Shown in pieces: positions 12,726-27,790 of a stretch of DNA of 64,000 nt. The position numbers and the translations under genes were made by a program. Each line of letters opens with the position of its first letter. The stretch's first letter is position 1. The stretch is from Camelus dromedarius (taxonomy: Eukaryota): positions 83,454,001 through 83,518,000 of the forward strand of contig NC_087436.1 of NCBI RefSeq assembly GCF_036321535.1, written 5' to 3'. Under the pieces are notes generated by a model. It was not told where the DNA came from, made no database searches, and was given only the letters and a program-made list of their open reading frames with translations.

Positions 12726-13074
12726 TTCTATAGACAGAATGTTGGGGTCCCCCTCCCGTACCAAATTCATATGTTGAAAACGAATTCCCATTGTGATGGC
12801 ATTTGGAGGCGGGGCCTTGGGGAGGCGATTAGGTCACGAGGGTGGAGCCCTCATGAGTGGGATTAGTGCCCCCTGTAAAAGAGACCCCAGGGAGCTCCCT
12901 ATGTGAGGACAGCAAAAAGACAGCTGTTTATGAAGCGGAAGATGGGCCCTCACCAGACCCTGGCACTTTGATCTTGGACTTCCCAGCCTCCAGAACTGTG
13001 AGAGGTAAATTTCAACTGTTTATAAACCACCTGGTCTACAGTATTTTGTCATAGCCACCCCAAAGGCTGACACA
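12726..13074 (+). mobile_element. MLT1A-like solo LTR (ERVL-MaLR)
   Basis: Diagnostic segments caaattcatatgttgaa, ggtggagccctcatga and gatcttggacttcccagcctccagaactgtgaga. Ends in CA. Confidence 0.85.
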
Positions 13075-13789
13075 TTTATATTCTGCAGTAACTATTTGTT
13101 GACACGTCTGTCTTCTCTTTGGACTGTAAGCCCCTCGAGAGCAGGAGTTTGTGCTTCTGTATCCCTGGCAACTATTTCAGTGCCTGACATGAAAACTATA
13201 TTCCACAAATATCTGCAAAAGAGGAGAATGGACATTTCAAATGTAAACAGGTATGCCACATTCACATGTATACGTTTGCTTACTTAAACGGAGCAAGAGA
13301 TGAAGTAACTGTGCTTCAAGTTTGCTGTTGGTCGTCTGCATTTTCTTTCTATCATACACATAAGGCAAGAGTGACAGAGGCGAGGAAGGGCAAATAGTAT
13401 CAGCTTTGATCATTTCTCTTACGGGCCTTCAACTTTGAAGGCGACTCTGGATTAGGCATGAATGGATTATCCTTTGTTGCCTTTTTTATTTGCCTTTCTC
13501 AAAGTGGTCAACAATAAGCGAACTCTGGCTAAACTTCACAAGCTAGACATTATGCAAAAACATCCTGATTTATTTTCTATCACCAGCAGTAATAATAATA
13601 ACCATTTCTTTCTATCTCTTCCTGTTACCACAATTCAAGAGGCAGGCGGTATTTTTTTCTGGCTTTTACCATCTACCACATCAAAAGGAGTTTTTAAATT
13701 GGTATTTCATGAAAGATGACTGTCAAAACTGGAAGGGAACACACAAATTAATTTCTACAAAAAGAGTGAGGATTGACCCACAGGTGTTA

Positions 13790-14465
13790 GTAACTACATA
13801 CCTACCACAACGGCTAAAACAAAGTACAGTGTCAAGTGTCAGAAAGAATGCTGAGCAGCTGGGACTCTCTCACTGCTGCAGGGGTGGGACGTGTTGGGAA
13901 CCTGTTTGGCAGTATCTCCTAAAGTTAAACATATGACTCATCAATTCCATTCTTAAGTACACACCAAACAAACGTGGCCATAAGACATATAAATGTCACC
14001 AAAAGACATATATTATAAGAATGTTCATAGAAGCACTTTTATAACAACCCCAAACTGGAAACCATCCAGATGCCCAACAGCAGTAGAATAAATAAGGTGG
14101 GTTTCCAAAATTGAATACATGCCATGAGAATGAATGAGTCACAGCTATAAGCAACATCACTGCATCACGGATCAGTCTCACAAAAATAAAGCCAAGGAAA
14201 ACAAGCTAGACACCTAAGAATGTATACTGTAAGGTTAAGTTTAAAAATAAGCAAGTCAAATCTATAGTGTTCTAAGTCAGGATTATTGTTTTTGTTGCTG
14301 GGTGGAAGGTGATAGTATTGACTGGAAGGGGACAGGATAAGGGCTTCCAGAGAAGGTTGGCAACATTTTATTTCTTGACCTGGATGTTGGTTACCTGGAC
14401 TTGTCTACTTTATGAAAATTTATCAATATTCATATTTATAATTTGGGCTCTTTTCTGTATTTAAT
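13790..14465 (+). mobile_element. Ancient L1M (L1MC/ME-like) 3' fragment
   Basis: tttggcagtatct...aatgttcatagaagcactttt ataacaaccccaaactggaaaccatccagatgccc is typical of old L1 3' ends. Confidence 0.75.
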
Positions 14466-14749
14466 AGCCACAAAGAAATGTAAGGAATAGAAATGAGTGA
14501 CTTGTACCATCTCACATGTAAAATGACAAAATTTAGGAACACATGGAATACTTTTTTTTAACATAAGATGTATCCATTAAATGTGTTTGCAGATGAGATT
14601 AAGGCACATCCTAACTGTCAACACATGACTTGTGGTGAAAAATTATTGTGAAAGATAAACAACAGATGGTTTAGTGACCAAAAGACATACAGAAAATAAA
14701 AATAATAAGGAGCCAGCATTCCCCACTGCAGACTAGCATCCTGCTACTA

Positions 14750-14986
14750 CATCTGACCCTTGAACAACGTGGGTTTGAAATGCACAGGTCCACTTATATG
14801 TGGACTTTTGTCAATGGTAAATACTACATTACTACACGGTCTGCGGTTGGTTGAATTCATGGATTCTGAACCTTGGATGTGGAGGGACTGTGGATACAGA
14901 GAGCTGGCTCTAAGCTATAGTCAGATTTTCAATTATGCTGAGAGTTGAACAAGACCTAACCTCTGCCATCGGTCAATGGTCAACTG
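14750..14986. mobile_element. Tigger2-family MITE (TcMar)
   Basis: Degenerate terminal inverted repeats catctgacccttga ... tcaatggtcaactg, TA on the left flank, and internal gggtttgaaatgcacaggtccacttat. Confidence 0.8.
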
Positions 14987-17919
14987 TGGTTGCTTGGCAG
15001 AAACATCTTTGGATTGTAAAAGGATACACTGGATTTTGGAAGGAGACTTAGTGGTAAAATTACCAGATATGGCAAATTTGAAAGAAACCAATTTCCTTTC
15101 TAATTCTTTGTTTGAAAACCAGATATTCTAGTTAGAGTAGATCAAGAGGATAGCTGGCTTATATTTGGCTTATGACACTGATATTTAGGTTTTCTATGAA
15201 TTGTTCATTTATAAAATTAATGACCCTTAGAATTAATCACCTGTGAGTGATCTGATAAAATCCAGTTTTTGACTAGGGAGAGTCAAAACTCCTCATCATT
15301 CTACCAAAGTTAACACTGACATTTGCTAGAAGTATTGAAACATGGAAAGTATCAGTGATCTTTAAGTCTGAGGTGGTGGAAAGAATCCTACTTGATTTAC
15401 ACAAGAATTATTTCCATGATATATGTCTGAAGCCAAAGGCTTGGTGATACCAATAGTCAATATGACTTTCCCCCATCATAAAGCCACTTCTCATGCAGTT
15501 ATCAGTGCTGGATTTGCGAGCAGAGCCAAAATCTAACCAAGAGTAAAGAAACAAAGCAGCACCTTGTGAACTATTAAAAAGGGGCTGCTGATATTAAATA
15601 GACTGTGGGAAAACTGGAAGCTGACAATCTTATTCTCAGGTCATAAGCTGCTCAGGGACTCCACCACTAACCACGAATGGGCCTGTGAACGAGCCAGTGA
15701 CGTTCTCTGAGCCTCTGCAGAATTCAGATTAGAAAATCTTTATGATCCATAATTATTTGAAAGTGACTTTAGGCTAAGCATCTATTGTCTTTTCAACATA
15801 CTTTCACTCCTTTTGCTTCAAACCTTTAGTTTTCATTTAAGTGGCAGCACTGAGTGGCTTTCAATGTGTAGGAATAGGGTTAAGATGAAGATGTATTTTT
15901 GCACACAGAGCAAGACAACATGTAAATCTAGATATGAAGATCTGATGGGTGAAGGTAGCGCCTTCCGCTCCATCTTTGTTTTTGATGAAAAGAAATCTTC
16001 ATCAACTGGTCTCTTTCTACCTAAATCTCAGAGAATATGTCAAAGTACAGAGGGAACACCAGCCAGTATTGTCCACATTTAAGCAGAGGCAAGTCTCGAA
16101 TGGCAGTCACAAAAGCCTGATTAGAGGAAAGCATTTGTTTTTTGTGATGGTGTTTGTCTTAGCCTCAAATAAAGCTTCTCTACAGAAACATCAACTTGGT
16201 GGTTGTTATCTGGACAGTGCAGCAAAGGTGAAAGAGACAATGACTGATGTTTTTAACTTGAAAAAAAGAGATGACACTGGAACCATGGGATGTTAAAGCT
16301 AGAAGAGCCTTGTTTTTTAATGTGGTAAAGCTGAGCACCCAAGAGGAACTGATCTGCCCAAGGCAACAGAGCCGAGTCCAGAACCCAGGTGCACTAACTC
16401 CCTGTCCAGTTTTCTTTCCGTCTACAAATAAGCAAGGCATGAAGTGAAGCAGGATCTTAACACAGGGACCTAAAGACGTATTAAAAATGTCACAAGATAG
16501 CATTTTCCTCTGATAGGGTTTGACCAAGTTATCATCTTAATGTAAAGAATTCCACCTCCAAGCTGAAAGTTCTGCCTGTATTGAGTTCACAAAGATTTCT
16601 AGTTCTGAACAGTAGCAAAGAGGCCCCACTTTGGGAGAGATTATGCCCCAGACAGATGACAAGAAATGACACTGCCCCCAAATCTCATCAGTACAACAAA
16701 AAGTGGTCTGAATTTGTGTGGGGAGGGGTACCTCTGAATTAAAGGACTGCTAGTGAGAGAAGACAAATGAGATGGATTCTTATAATTGCTGATTTAGAAA
16801 ATGACTCTCTTTTCTGTTTTATTGGGTAAAAACAAGTAGGCTGACAGTGCAAAGATCAGATAATCCCAAACAGCAGGTAACTAAACGATAGTATTTATAT
16901 AAATCTGCTTTAGAATTTGTATTTAAATTTGAACATGGTATGTTTAGTGTCATGTTAGTTCCTGGGCTTTAAAACCCAAGACTAAAATACATCAGTGAGG
17001 ACCCAGAAGCTCTGAGCAAGCCACCCAGTCTCCCATTTACACCAACATCGAGGTCTGAAAAGGTTATGTGGTGAGCTGCACTGGTTCTGTGATGCGGTGT
17101 TCTGATGAGACCCTAAAATGTTGAAAAGGACACCCTTTAATAATAATTCCTAGGGCAGGTATGTAAATGAGCATGTCAGTTTTCCATACATGTCCCTGTC
17201 TGTAGGATATCCTGTTAAAGCAAACAGCCTTGTTAAAAAAGTGTACAGAAGTAGCAGATAATTGTTTTGGCCTGTGATTAGGACTGTTAGTGTCCTTTTA
17301 AACCAGAATCTGCAGACTCAGGAAAAACCATCAGGCTCTAAGCATCTGCTTTTCTAGAAAAACTTGGGGTTTGGAATGACACTTTATCTCTGGAAGTTTA
17401 TGTACTTTTCTTTTAAGAGGAGTGTTGCCCAAATGGTATTTACAAGTCCAGGGTCCATGGTGACACCACAGATCTAAGAATGGAAATTCCACTCCTTGAT
17501 TTTCAGACTGGCCAGATATCAAGTGAACTCTGCTTTTCCTGAGGAGGCTGGAGTATCATGTTTCAGAGAGAGGCAGAGAGTCTGAGCTGGGCCCAGGAAT
17601 AAATGACACTCAGACTTTGTAGCGCACTGGTCCCCTGCCCTAAGAGATGCTAAACTCCAGAGCCCAAAAGTGTTCTTCCTTCATCTGAAAGAATGATGAA
17701 AGAAAGGGCTGAGAATTAATATTTCATATTTCTAATGATAAGAGTGCTAAAAAATGCACACTTCTCCTGATTCAATCATTTAATAAGTAGGCAGCAGAGG
17801 GCAGAACATAGAATTGTAACAGAAGCGAAACCTGTCATTCACTGAGGAATCCCCTAAAGCCACTCTGCCCTACTTTCTCAGTGCCAGACAGCCTACAGGT
17901 AAATGTGTGTGTGTGTGTA

Positions 17920-18060
17920 ATGTCATCTAGTCTCCATGACAACCTACAGCAGACATCTATCACACAGACAAAGCACTGACGCTCGGAGAGTTACCTAAGC
18001 AGCCCAAAGTCACAGAGCTAGTCTTAGCAGGGCTGAGGTTTGAGTCCAGGTTGGGCTCTC
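17920..18060 (-). mobile_element. MIR fragment
   Basis: cccaaagtcacagagctagt...gggctgaggtttgagtccagg is the reverse MIR core. Confidence 0.55.
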
Positions 18061-19601
18061 CCAGGGCCTGCACACTGCCACACCCCAGGCAGAACGAGAG
18101 CCTCTGTGCCCTCCTCAGAGCAACAAATACCCCGCCACACAAACCCCTGAACTGGCAGTAAGGTGAAGACTAGAATGCAGTTGAGGGATCCCAGGGGCCA
18201 CAGGCCAGCGAGTCTTTCAAGGATTCATAACCTGAATCCACACAGTGAAAAGAAGGAAGACACATAAGTCCCTCCTCCGTCACCGAGGCCGGCCTGGTGT
18301 CAGTGAGGAGATCTACACTTACAGGCTCAGCCTGCCATGGGGAAGGGGTTCCCTCTGCTAGAAGAGTTCAGTTCTATCGCTCCAAGTTCTGAATACCCCA
18401 GAAGAGAAGGACAAAGTTTCACAATACGTGTGAGCTCCAGTGCAGTTACTGTTTGGTCCAATGCCTTTAAAAAGAAATCCAAACAAAACTTGGATTGAAA
18501 TATGACCATTATCCCAGAGTGCCAGTGTTTTTCCACTGCAGGGATGGGCCAGCAAAATCAATCAGCAAAGCTCTAGCTGTTTATTTTTAAATTTAAACCT
18601 CACACATTCAGAACCAAAATACCATGGAGGATTAATGGACAGAGAGTTTACTGGGCACATACTATGTGTCGGGTCTTGGGCTAGACACTGAGGGTCAGGT
18701 TTATCATCATGTAAACAAAACCCAGAATCCCTGCCATCACAGTCGAGTGCATTATTCTGGAAGCTTCCTTACTTAAAAGAGCATATTTTTGATGAAAAGA
18801 CTATCTCGATTATACAGCTATGGCTGAGACTGGAAAAGAGACCTAGGCATTTTGGCGATATGAAAAACCCACCTGTGAACATAAATTCATGGTTCTTTAT
18901 ACCTGCTCTTAAGAACGTGTGTTCCTAACAGAGGTTACTAAGAGTCACTGACAAGGCTCTCTGATTACACGTTCCCTGAGGACTGGAGCACAAGCCTGTT
19001 CTACTACTGCCTCCCCCAGGACTGACAACAAGCACTCAATAAACGCACTTGCTGAAAAACAAACTGTTTCAAATGTTCCCTGCTGTTATAAAAAGGCAAA
19101 GCCGTATTTTGGATTCCTCACACTTTTTGGTTCTCGACGGCAGCTGGAATATCTCTATAGACAGACACTGGCTGCAAACTGCACTACAAGGAAACTGAAT
19201 GTGAGGGCAAATCATTTTAGTTTAGCACCTTCTTTTTATGGATCAGAACGCCTAGAGCCAGTGACAATTTACAGGGGTAGACTGAGGGACAAGCAAGTGT
19301 CCTCACTCTAAGGCTCTATGGACCAATTCACACCCCCCTCCACCATTTTCCCCTTAAAGCAGAACACTAGTGACTACATTTTATTTGCCAGCTAATTTTC
19401 CTTTGGAGTGTAATTAAATTCAGCACCTGTGAGATAGGCGGAACTCTTATCATAGGTTTAGCCTTCAGAAAGCTGAGTTCTGGTGAATGTATACAGTAAT
19501 TTAAACATCAGGGAACTTCATCTGCAAAATATTGAACATAGAAGATCCATTTCTAAAGCCAGGTAATTGACCCCCACAGAAAATTCAGCGCACTCACATA
19601 C

Positions 19602-19685
19602 CGGCCGTCCATGAATGCTTTCGTAATACAGCAGAGCTTTCTGCAGGGCTACTTTCTCATTAGCAATCTGGTCTTTGGTCATATC
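19602..19685 (-). CDS. FAM13A: FAM13A coding exon (84 nt): DMTKDQIANEKVALQKALLYYESIHGRP
   Basis: Within ORF 19518-19811. Acceptor atacag, donor gtatgt. Confidence 0.97.
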
Positions 19686-20331
19686 CTGTATGAACACAAG
19701 GATAGAGAAATGAGAGAGGGGAAAACACTTATGAACAGCCCAACTTTTGTTATACAAATTTTCCGAAGTTAAAAAGAATCTTAGATAACTGCTCTCCCTA
19801 GCTCTACCCAAAGCTCACTATAGGCATGAGCTATTCCTGACCTCTTGCTAGAAATATAGCTTTGCAGAAGCATCGCCTACTGGTACTCACCTCCCAAGAG
19901 ACAGCAAAGGCATGCTGAATACTCAGGTAAGCCAGGCTGTGAGGCACACAGGGCTTAGCCTAATGGCTGAAGCAATGACTACAGTTGCAGGAAACACATT
20001 CCCAAAGGTTTGTCTATAATCCTCCCACCTCAGAGAGTCACCAGTCTTTTAACCTAAACAAGTCCATTCTGCAACCTGTATGATAGGGTTTTCTGCTTTC
20101 ACTGTAGTGGGTAGTCAAAACCCAAAGTGCCTACAGTTAACACTCTCTGGGGTTGTTTCATTTGCATCTCAGGACATCACGGAGTGTGGAAGATGAGGGG
20201 GTGGGAGATCTAAAAAGGCACTGCTCTATCGCCCTTCCCACTGGGATCCTGGGGCATGCCCTGAATTTCCACCAGGCTGACTGGAATGCTTGAGGATTAG
20301 CAGTTAGCTTGGGGCCTTCAGAGAATCACAC

Positions 20332-20552
20332 CTTAATATCCTCAGGACGGCTGGTTTCCACCCGCTTCTCCTGGAGCTTCCTCTGAATAGATTCCAGCGT
20401 GGCCTCCACACTAGGCTTTATTGCTTTATCTACCAGCTCTTGCTTCTTCTCATCCTCTTTCTCAAGCTGGGAACCAAAACTCTTGGGGAGCGTGTTGCTT
20501 CGCTGCCGCATCCTGGGGGTTAGGTCCTCTTCTGATATCTTCAGTTTTGACT
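20332..20552 (-). CDS. FAM13A: FAM13A coding exon (221 nt): SKLKISEEDLTPRMRQRSNTLPKSFGSQLE...RPEDIK
   Basis: Overlaps ORF 20326-20511. Acceptor ggctag, donor gtgtga. Confidence 0.96.
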
Positions 20553-21393
20553 CTAGCCGGAAAGAGTTAGGGGTGGAGACATATGGGAATTGATGTCTGC
20601 TGAACCCAGACTGTTTTTCTGTGGTGTTAACAACTACTTAGCCCCGACTTTTTTCCCCCCAGAAAGTATCTAATTATAATATTAGTAGAAATCCCTGGGT
20701 TATTATGTAAAACCCAAGAAAATGATCATGTCTTCCTGGATTATCTGGAATGTTTTCCTAACCCTAATTCCTGAGAAAGCTTTAGCTCTTTAGCATCCAG
20801 GCTTTAGCCACCCCAACCTGTTCACTGTTCTCAGAATGTGGCGGATGTCCTCCTATACTGATTCCCTTGCCATCCACAGGTATTTACAGATTGAGTGCCC
20901 AAGTATTGGCCAACTTTGTATGGCTTATAAACCTCATTTTGGAATGATTTTCACTTTATGTTCTGTTTAGTTGTTTGCATGGCTCTATCTCCGAAAAGAC
21001 AGCAAGTTCTTTGAGGGACAGGGACCAAACCCTTTTCATTTTCATCAGTGTCAATATGTCTTCTCCTAACTCCATGGCAAATACATACAGCCTTGTTAAA
21101 CAAGTACCTAGTAAGTGCTGAGTTGAAACCATCATCATTATGCTGGAGATTTAGGGAAGTAAAAAAATGCTGCAGATTTTGCATCTTAGCTGATCTGGGT
21201 TCCCCTGCGATTGCAGCCATGGGAAGACATGGGGGGAAGTGTCTCCTGAATATGGAGAGCCCTGGGAAGCAACTTCAGGGAACTTATCTTTCTTGGAATA
21301 TTTTAGTGGTGAGTGGCACTTAACATGCACTGAGATGGTGGCTTCTGCACCTGGCTTGTTGTCTGGAGACCATGCCATCGGTCTAGAACTTTA

Positions 21394-21495
<102 letters not shown>

Positions 21496-22166
21496 CTAGA
21501 GTAAGTGTTTTGGAATTGTGGCAGGAAAAAGAAGAGTTTGACCATGAGTTTGCTTACAGGAAGGAAAAGTTGAGTCCCAGTGGAATAGTAAATGAACCAT
21601 AATCAATCAGAGCAACTTCACAGGTGTAATTCCATTATCCTTCTTTACATTTGGTTATTTTTGATTCTTTCCAAGAATTTCTCAGAGGCAAAATGTGAAA
21701 TTTTCATGATCATGGACTTCTATATGGTCCATGGTCCCTTTTCCGTGATTTGGACTGTTCAGGCTAACAGAACAGAAAGCAGAGAAGTATGCGATATTTC
21801 ACATTACAGTAATCAAGAAAAATGCCTTTTTGCCACTCTTGTGGGAAATGCTAGAGAGAGTAGAATGAGGTTCGTACTAATAAAATTTTAGAAGATAATC
21901 TTGAATTAAGATTTTAGCCAAACAAAAGACTCCATTAAATGATTTCTCCTATCCCTGCTCACGAATTAATTTGCTAAACATTGACGAAAGCATTCAATTC
22001 ACTTGCTAAGGATACACTTGGGCGAGGAAAATGCTGATCCATGATGTCTGGGGTTTATCAGGTTTATTCCCCAGTTTGTACTGCCTTTCTGTTGTGAGAT
22101 TCCCTGGAAATCTCCCTTCACCGTTATCACTTCTCTGAGCTGTTGATGCGCTGGCCCCGCGTGTCA

Positions 22167-22367
<201 letters not shown>

Positions 22368-22852
22368 TCAGCTTCCCACTAGCGTGCGCGGCCGCCTGGA
22401 GGGGCTCTGAGGATGAGGGGTGCGGCAAGGCGGGGGCGGGGGATCCAAACGGGGTCCGTCTTCTCAAATAAAGGAAAGCTGACGGCCAATTCATTTTGTG
22501 ACCTTGACCTCTGTATGTCCTCCCTATTAAATAGGTCCAATCTTCTCCAGCGCACTTTTTACACTTGGGAAACCTAGGACTGAAATGTGCACAATGGGCT
22601 CAAAGTTAAATCTGAGAGCGCTTTGGAAAGGAGGTGCTCATGGAAATTCAGTCTGTGATGCTGTAGCTGGGCCACAGGTCAAGTGGAAGATTACATCCGA
22701 GCCTGTGTACTAGGACGGAGGCTTTCAAGTCTGTTCCTCCCTATACTTACAACTCAATGAAAAAAAAAATTACTGGCCATCAGCAACAGTCCTATTCTTC
22801 CCCCTGTTACAGGGACGATGCATTTGCGAATCAGCAACATAAAGAAACGTAC

Positions 22853-23066
22853 CTCATGAAGGAATGGGAATTGGGGGGAGAAGGAGGCACTTCAGTGTCG
22901 TCCAGGTATTGCCGGCTCTGCCCGTAGGCATAGAAGCGGGGAGACAGCATGGGGTCGCTGTCCTCATCCAGGAGCTGCCGAATCAGGCGCCCCGCCTGCG
23001 GGGAGAGGCGCGCTTCGTCAGCGTCCACGTTCTCCTGGGGCCACGAGGAGAAAGCCGGGATGGGCT
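22853..23066 (-). CDS. FAM13A: FAM13A coding exon (214 nt): PIPAFSSW...LSPQAGRLIRQLLDEDSDPMLSPRFYAYGQS...PPSPPNSHSFM
   Basis: Within ORF 22831-23139. Acceptor tttccag, donor gtacgt. Confidence 0.97.
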
Positions 23067-24168
23067 CTGGAAATAACAAGGGTAAGAGGGCAACATTGTT
23101 CTTTAAAGCACAGTTGTTGCCTAAGTTTTCCGAGTGCATTGGGAGGCACTGAGTTTAGGGGGCATTGAACGGTTTTACATGGTAGATTTAAGGCTCAGAC
23201 TCCGGAGGCTGTGCCCTGACCAGAATCACCAAATGTACCTGACAGACATCATCTACCTTCTATCTCCATCCTCACTTGCTTTCAAAAGAGAATTCACTAG
23301 GGCTGCACTGAGGAACAGCCTTGGAAAAGGACAGCCAGCGGTGTGTGCTTCCAACCTCCCCTGCAGATCACTGACAAGAACTCCTCCAGGTGAGGGCGTT
23401 ATGGAACAGAAATGCATGTGTGTCAGGGAGGGAGGGGTCTGGCATCATGGCTGTACATCCTTCACTGAAACAACTAAGAAATCAGGCTAAGGAATCACAT
23501 TAATCTTGCGAAAGCCCATTTATTTAGGAGTTTGCACCCTCTGTGGAGGTCATTCAGTAAGCTGTTTTGTGTGCTTCTGCTTAGCGGGTTGGGATTTAGC
23601 ATGTATAAAATGCATGCTCTATACTTGAAACCTGAGAAACTACTTCAGACTGCAGCTAAAGTAAGATATATACAAAAATCAGTCAAAAAAGAAAAAAAAA
23701 ATGCCTTACAAGGACAAACCAGTATGAATTATTTTAGACAAACTTTAAGAAAAAAACCCAGCACAAAATCCTGATGTGTCATGTCAGAAAGGAATGCGTT
23801 GATATTTTTTTCTTTTTACTACAAGACCTACCTCAATGTATTCCTTTCCTCATTAAAAAAATCCTATCTAACATAGTTTAAGGACAGATTTCAGATGATA
23901 CAGGGTATTTCATTTGTAACACTCTTTTCATTAAAATAAGTTATGCTTTAAATGCACTTGTGGATACTGTGATTTACACAGGGCTGGAATTTGACCATGA
24001 TCTTAAATTCTGGGATTCCTACAGTTTGAATCATGGAACAATCTTCAAGTATTTATAAAATCTATAAAATTATCTAAAACAAGTGCTTACTGAATATTTC
24101 ATTTAAAGAGATCATACTGAGATCAGAGAACATTAAAGCTGGTTAAAACTTCATACATCACCTAATCT

Positions 24169-24286
24169 AATGATTTTCCAACCCTGGCTGCATGTTAGGA
24201 TCACGGAGGGAAATACAAACAACTCTTAATGTACAGGTCCTCACACCACCCAGTTAGACAGAATTTTGAGGTGAGGGTCCAGATAT

Positions 24287-24337
<51 letters not shown>

Positions 24338-24387
24338 TGAAAAGCTTCCCAAGTGATCCAAAATGCAGTCAAGTCTGAGAACCACTG
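24169..24387. mobile_element. MER5A-like element interrupted by (CA)n at about 24290-24335
   Basis: ccctggctgcatgttaggatcac ... aagcttcccaagtgatcc...tgagaaccactg. Confidence 0.75.
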
Positions 24388-27300
24388 ATTTCAACCCAAC
24401 AGATTACAGATAAGGAAACTGAAACCTAAGGAAGACAAGAGCAAACACCTAATCAACGACAAGCACTGGGTCTGGACACTCAGCCTCCTGCCCTCCAGGA
24501 CACTGCTTCAGCTTAGGATGTGCCAGGCGCTTCAAGAACACAGGCGATCGTCTCAAACTGTTTTAAGACCCCGCAGTGTAGGAGGAGAGTTAAGCACTTT
24601 AATTTAAAAAAATGTTAACTGCATGTGATATGATGTCCACAGGTTCTCAAAAGTGAAAGACAATCAAATCATCTGGGAACACAGATGATAATATAAATAC
24701 TCTGAAAAATGAAAGCAGTGTGAAAGACAGAGTCTTCCCTATTGGGTCTCAAAAAGCAGCCAAGAGCATGCTTATAGGTAGACCTGGCTAAAACGAGAGA
24801 TGAAGAGTTGTTCATCGTTTGTGCGAACGCGATCGGCTGGCTTCTCCTAAGTGGCGGGGCTCAAATATGAAGAGCTCAGACTGGAACTGCCAAAAGGAAA
24901 AGTGCAGGTGGGCTGAGGGGCGAGGGGAGATGAGGGAAGGAGAGGCTGAGTGGAAAGTGATCCCTGGAAAAACAGTAAAAATGTAGTCTTCAGCTGCAGA
25001 AAGTGGAAGTATTAAACTAACAAGATGACACCTTCTCTTTCATGGTATTTCATAAGACAGCAGTAATTTTCTGTAAGAACTAAAATCAGTGGAGCCAGGA
25101 CAGGGAAAGGGTTAAGATGGCTGGAATAACAATGCAGCAGGCAGCCCTCTCACTGCAGGGCAAAGCAGCAGAACCCCTGGGAAGGGCTCGGTGGTTGGTG
25201 GGGGACAGAGGCCATCTGCAAAACAAAGTCTGATGTTGACATTGGCGTGTGAGTGTGCTGGCTAGTTTGACATTTCTACTCATCAAACCTTAGTTTGAAA
25301 AAGTGTTCTTTAGATCATGAAGCCCTTTAATCTGTCTGAATCTAGCAGAAGAGCTCTTAAAAACTACCACAATTAACCTGTGCTTTAAACTGTTTAACTA
25401 TGTGATCTCAGTGTACCAAAATTTTTGCAAATACAGTATATGTTTGTGACTACTAACTAAATATATCTCAGTAAAAAAAAAACAAAAAACTTCTGATCCT
25501 GAATTAATTATAAAATACTAATCCTGCAACTGAATTGTGCTTACCTGATGCTTCATGGCTAACATCCCACTGATTTGTTTTTTGTTAACTCAGCTGTCTT
25601 TGTGGCTCCATTCCTGACCCAACACTTCACTGACAAGAAGACCAAATGTGCCCTTTTCCTAGTGTCACCAGTGGTATCTATGAAGTACATGGCTGAAGAA
25701 ATTCTAGCTTATGGGTGACACTGTCTCTTAAATTCACTTATGTAAAAATGAGAAATATGAGACCATTATGAATTTCAACCTCAACAAAATAAAAAGATAC
25801 GTTTCATCATTAGCTGCAGGTAGAACAGAGGTGAAGTTTCTCACCTATACGACGTGAAATGCTTATATTTCTCTCTCCTTTTTCTCTCTGTCCTTTTATT
25901 CTACACAGCCTGATCATTTAAGGCTCCTATTCAAAAGAGTTATAGAATTACATGTAATACATAGTTCAACAAAACTACAGAATTAGTAAGACCAGCTATT
26001 CCTCTGTTTTAGTTTGAAATGATCTAAGAATACAAGGCTATCTCAACTCAAAGAGAATGACATAAACAAACCAAAAACAACAGTGTGGTCCAGGATAGCA
26101 TGTCCACCTGCGTAGAGACCCAGTTTGAGGATGTATTGACTAAACCATTCCCAAGTGCTGGCTTGGGAAATACGTTATATTTTAATCAGTAGTTCTGGAG
26201 CAATGAAACCAAAAAGGGAACTGCAAGAAAATGATTCAAAAGGAAAACAGAAAAGATCTGAGGCTTCGAACTGGATTTTCATCTTAAAGGACCACATAAA
26301 ACAAATGTGTTTTCGCATCTGGACCAGAATTCCCCGGGTACGGTCGTCACAAAGGACTCTGGATGTAAGTATGGCATGTCTATTAAAAATTAATCCACCC
26401 AGGTTAGCTGACATCACAGCAGGTCAGAAGTAACAGAGATAAAAGCTGGATGCTTTTATTACCTTAGTAATAAAAAATAATAGGTCCCAAGGGAGTTCCA
26501 GTTCAGACACTACAGCACACATGGAAATAAAGGAGTGTCACTGTGGGAAGAGGGACCGCGGCTCTGACTAATGCTAATGTGATCACAGGGACACCGCTCC
26601 TCTCTGCTTAGCCGGCTGGATCCATTTACTACACAAAAGAAAATTGGCTACTGAGATGATTTATTTCTAAGAAATCTGTACGGAACTAAGGGAGCTGATG
26701 TTTTCCCCTCTCATCTCCATCTCTGTTTATGTCCTTTAGAGTCATTGCCACTTGGCACGCTGCCACGCGGTCTTTCAAGGAGGCTACTCAGTAGCGCTGG
26801 AGGTTCTTCCACAGCCCAGATACAGAAACTAAGCCCCATGGGGTGGGGGAGGGCCCTTCCTGGGGGAATCCTTCCATCAAATCTTCCTTAGGGTCCCAAA
26901 ATTTAACCTTAGAACAATGGCTGTCCTATTACATTGTTCCAATAGTCTTGCCCAACTATCAGTGTCAGAGGGAACCTTAGTAGCCAGCTTTATCAATCCA
27001 AATTTAATCCTTAAATTCCATAAAACTGCTGTGCCTCTATTTGTCACATTTAATAAGCCGGCCCTCAGTGCTCCATTTGAGTCACCAAAGTGTGTGGAGT
27101 CGGGAGGGCTGAGGACTTGACTAATGAGAGCTCCCCAGTTCGTGCTGATTTGGACCCAGGAATCTGCACGTTGACGTGTAGGTTCCTCATCAGTTACTAA
27201 TTCCCTCTCCTCCCGACCGCCTTCCACCCCTCCTGTGTCTGTGACAAGCTATCACAAGTCCCCGGCAAGACCCCGCTGAGCCTTTTCAAATGCACAACCT

Positions 27301-27534
27301 CCCTGATCTAGAGTTGGAAAAAAAAAAGACAGAAAGAAAGGAGGCTGGCATGACATAATTAGTCCTTGGTAGAGCTGAGATGGACCTAGTGATTACCGAT
27401 TTTTCTCATGTGTTCAGAGAGCCATCCATACTCACTAGGTAGAACTGGGCTCTGGTTTCAAAAAGGCAAACTTTGTCTGTTTTTTTCCCTGAAACTATAC
27501 TTGGACACATTGATGGAAGATAGTAATAACATCA

Positions 27535-27790
27535 AATAACACTCACATAGTGCCTATCACGTGGCTGTGCTGAGCACTCTGCATACGGTAGCTCATTTAA
27601 TCCTTGCAACAGACTTGCTAAGTAGATGCTACTATAGCCATTATGCCCTATTACGTACTGTTACACCTATTTAAATACGGGCTAGCTGAGGCCCAGACTG
27701 ATACATGTTGACTTACTCGTCCACAAAGCTATTAAGCAGGAGAGCCAGGATTTGAATCCAGCTTGTGTCCGGCTCTTAACCATCACCATC
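27535..27790 (-). mobile_element. MIR
   Basis: ctcatttaatcct, gctgaggcccaga and gagccaggatttgaatcca motifs. Confidence 0.7.

Noticed and set aside
21045..21138. Box C (ATGATGA) ... box D (CTGA) arrangement on the gene strand, like a C/D snoRNA
   Set aside because: No good terminal stem or recognisable rRNA guide, and it appears to overlap a decayed L2 tail.
25545..25692. Possible cryptic exon (tttcttcag acceptor, CAG|GTAAGC donor)
   Set aside because: No similarity to FAM13A protein, and pseudo-exons of this kind are common.
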